Assembly: GCA_028713935.1 (NCBI GenBank)
Contig: JAQTNI010000029.1
Span: 1-7,524 of the forward strand
Direction of reading: 5' to 3'
DNA: 7,524 nucleotides
DNA from: Candidatus Iainarchaeum sp.
Lineage (GTDB): Archaea; Iainarchaeota; Iainarchaeia; Iainarchaeales; GCA-2688035
Made by a program: the position numbers and the translations under genes. Positions 6,471 to 7,524 of this stretch are shown piece after piece. Positions within the stretch are counted from its first letter, which is position 1. Every line of letters starts with the position of its first letter. The notes beneath the pieces were generated by a model. It was given only the letters and a program-made list of their open reading frames with translations, ran no database searches and was not told the DNA's origin.

Positions 6471-7524
6471 TCAATCTTTCTTTTTGCTGTCGCTTTCAAC
6501 AGCAAACTCAATAATCTTTCTTTCTTCAATAGAAAGCCCATACAAATCAAAAACAAGAGAATCAATTTGTTTATGAATATCTTTTGTGGTTTTTTCAAGT
6601 TCTTTTTGCTCTTGCTTATTGCTTTTTTTGTAGATTGCATGCAACTGTTTTGATAATCCCACAATTTTTACGCAAGCAGGATTTTTTTCATTAAACGCAA
6701 CAATTGGCATAGGTTTCAAATATTGTGGCTTATAAGTAAAATATTTTGCTTGAACATATGGGCTGTAAGAAGTCAGATAAAAGAAGATTAAGTTTGAGTT
6801 AAGCAATCCAACAATATAATATGCTTCTTCTTTCTTTTTAGATTTTAGAAAAATCATATTGCAACTGTCAAAACAGAAGAGCCCATTGTCATCGAAATAA
6901 AAAGAACTTTTTTCAGATATTGCGGGGGTCAGGATTTTTGGTTTTCCAAATTTTTCTGGTGAAACTGGTTGTTCTATTTCAAACCATTGCATATCTTTTC
7001 TTTGTTTAAATTGCGCTCTGTTTTCAAGCGTATTTTTGAATTTTGTCAAGTGTTTTATTGTTCTTGGGATTAACCGCGCGTCTTTGCCGTTTGGGTATAA
7101 ACAATATTTTGGATTTTTGATTGCAAAAGGCTCAACATCTTTGCCCGTAACAACTTTTTTTACTAATCCTTCTTCAAAATTTTCAGGAGAATCTACAAAA
7201 AACGCTTCATTGTACCCGGTTCGCATTCCAATAATTACATCGTCAGCAAACTCAGGATACAAAGGTTTGCCATTCTCTTTTATTTTTTTTAGTATGCTTT
7301 CTTTCTCTTTTGAAACAATTTGCCATTTGTCAGTTGAAAGATTATTTTGATTGATTTCTAAAAAATCAATTCCTTTTATTTCCTGTTTTTGTTTTCTAAT
7401 AAGAAGTAAAATTTCTTCCAATTCATTAGCCTTTATTACTGCTTTATCAGTTATATCCACTGCGGAAATAATTTGGTTTTCTTCTTTTGGAGTGCTAACA
7501 ACTAAAATCACAGGATAATTAGTA
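6471..7524 (-). CDS. C-terminal part of an Eco57I/type IIG-like restriction-modification enzyme or DNA methyltransferase (TaqI-like C-terminal specificity domain); 5' end off-window
   Basis: The motif order is typical of this family's target-recognition region. It runs ...ILKKIKENGKPL...IIGMRTGYNEAFFVD...VVTGKDVEPFAI...LTKFKNTLENRAQF...QWFEIEQP...FGKPKILTPAIS...FYFDDNGLFCFDSCNMIF, then ...YYIVGLLNSNLIFFYL...QYLKPMPI...IDSLVFDLYGLSIEERKIIE. The listed start at 7511 is GTG, and the frame stays open to the window edge (upstream codons T-N-Y-P), so the gene most likely continues to the right. Stop TGA at 6473..6471. Confidence 0.8.
   Translation of the reverse strand, partial: TNYPVILVVSTPKEENQIISAVDITDKAVIKANELEEILLLIRKQKQEIKGIDFLEINQNNLSTDKWQIVSKEKESILKKIKENGKPLYPEFADDVIIGMRTGYNEAFFVDSPENFEEGLVKKVVTGKDVEPFAIKNPKYCLYPNGKDARLIPRTIKHLTKFKNTLENRAQFKQRKDMQWFEIEQPVSPEKFGKPKILTPAISEKSSFYFDDNGLFCFDSCNMIFLKSKKKEEAYYIVGLLNSNLIFFYLTSYSPYVQAKYFTYKPQYLKPMPIVAFNEKNPACVKIVGLSKQLHAIYKKSNKQEQKELEKTTKDIHKQIDSLVFDLYGLSIEERKIIEFAVESDSKKKD

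Noticed and set aside
6455-6664. 69-aa - strand ORF overlapping the 3' end of the RM-like gene in another frame
   Set aside because: It is fully nested in the region encoding the conserved C-terminal LYGLSIEERKIIE segment of the RM-like protein. Its translation is a Lys/Leu-rich low-complexity string.
1-7524. Scan for tRNA, rRNA, CRISPR arrays, C/D-box sRNAs and inteins
   Set aside because: I saw no T-loop (GTTCGAATC-like) or cloverleaf candidates in the intergenic regions, no rRNA-like conserved blocks, no regularly spaced repeats of 24-40 nt and no RUGAUGA/CUGA box pairs in the spacers. DP2 and Orc1 are contiguous, with no intein-sized insertion.

Overview
This window looks like a core chromosomal segment of an AT-rich archaeon. 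SepF, Orc1/Cdc6 and PolD together suggest a euryarchaeal or DPANN-type lineage; that is inference only. Gene order, left to right: (1) a possible 17-codon gene start running off the left edge (- strand); (2) a 250-aa tail-anchored membrane protein of a family I do not recognise (-); (3) sepF, 13 nt upstream of it and apparently co-transcribed (-); (4) a 363-nt AT-rich divergent spacer with exact repeats, my candidate replication origin; (5) orc1/cdc6 (+); (6) a 65-nt convergent terminator spacer with two 8-bp hairpins; (7) the intein-free DNA polymerase D large subunit DP2 (-, 1138 aa); (8) the C-terminal part of an Eco57I/TaqI-type restriction-modification or methyltransferase gene (-), open to the right edge and visibly lower in GC. 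I found no rRNA, tRNA or CRISPR array. Several ORF-track starts are GTG or TTG. I re-set sepF to ATG 1287 and orc1 to ATG 1660, using Shine-Dalgarno-like GGTG motifs. The best candidates for something undescribed are the SepF-linked membrane protein and the repeat architecture of the putative origin. The edge-truncated RM-like gene may mark an adjacent defence or accessory island.
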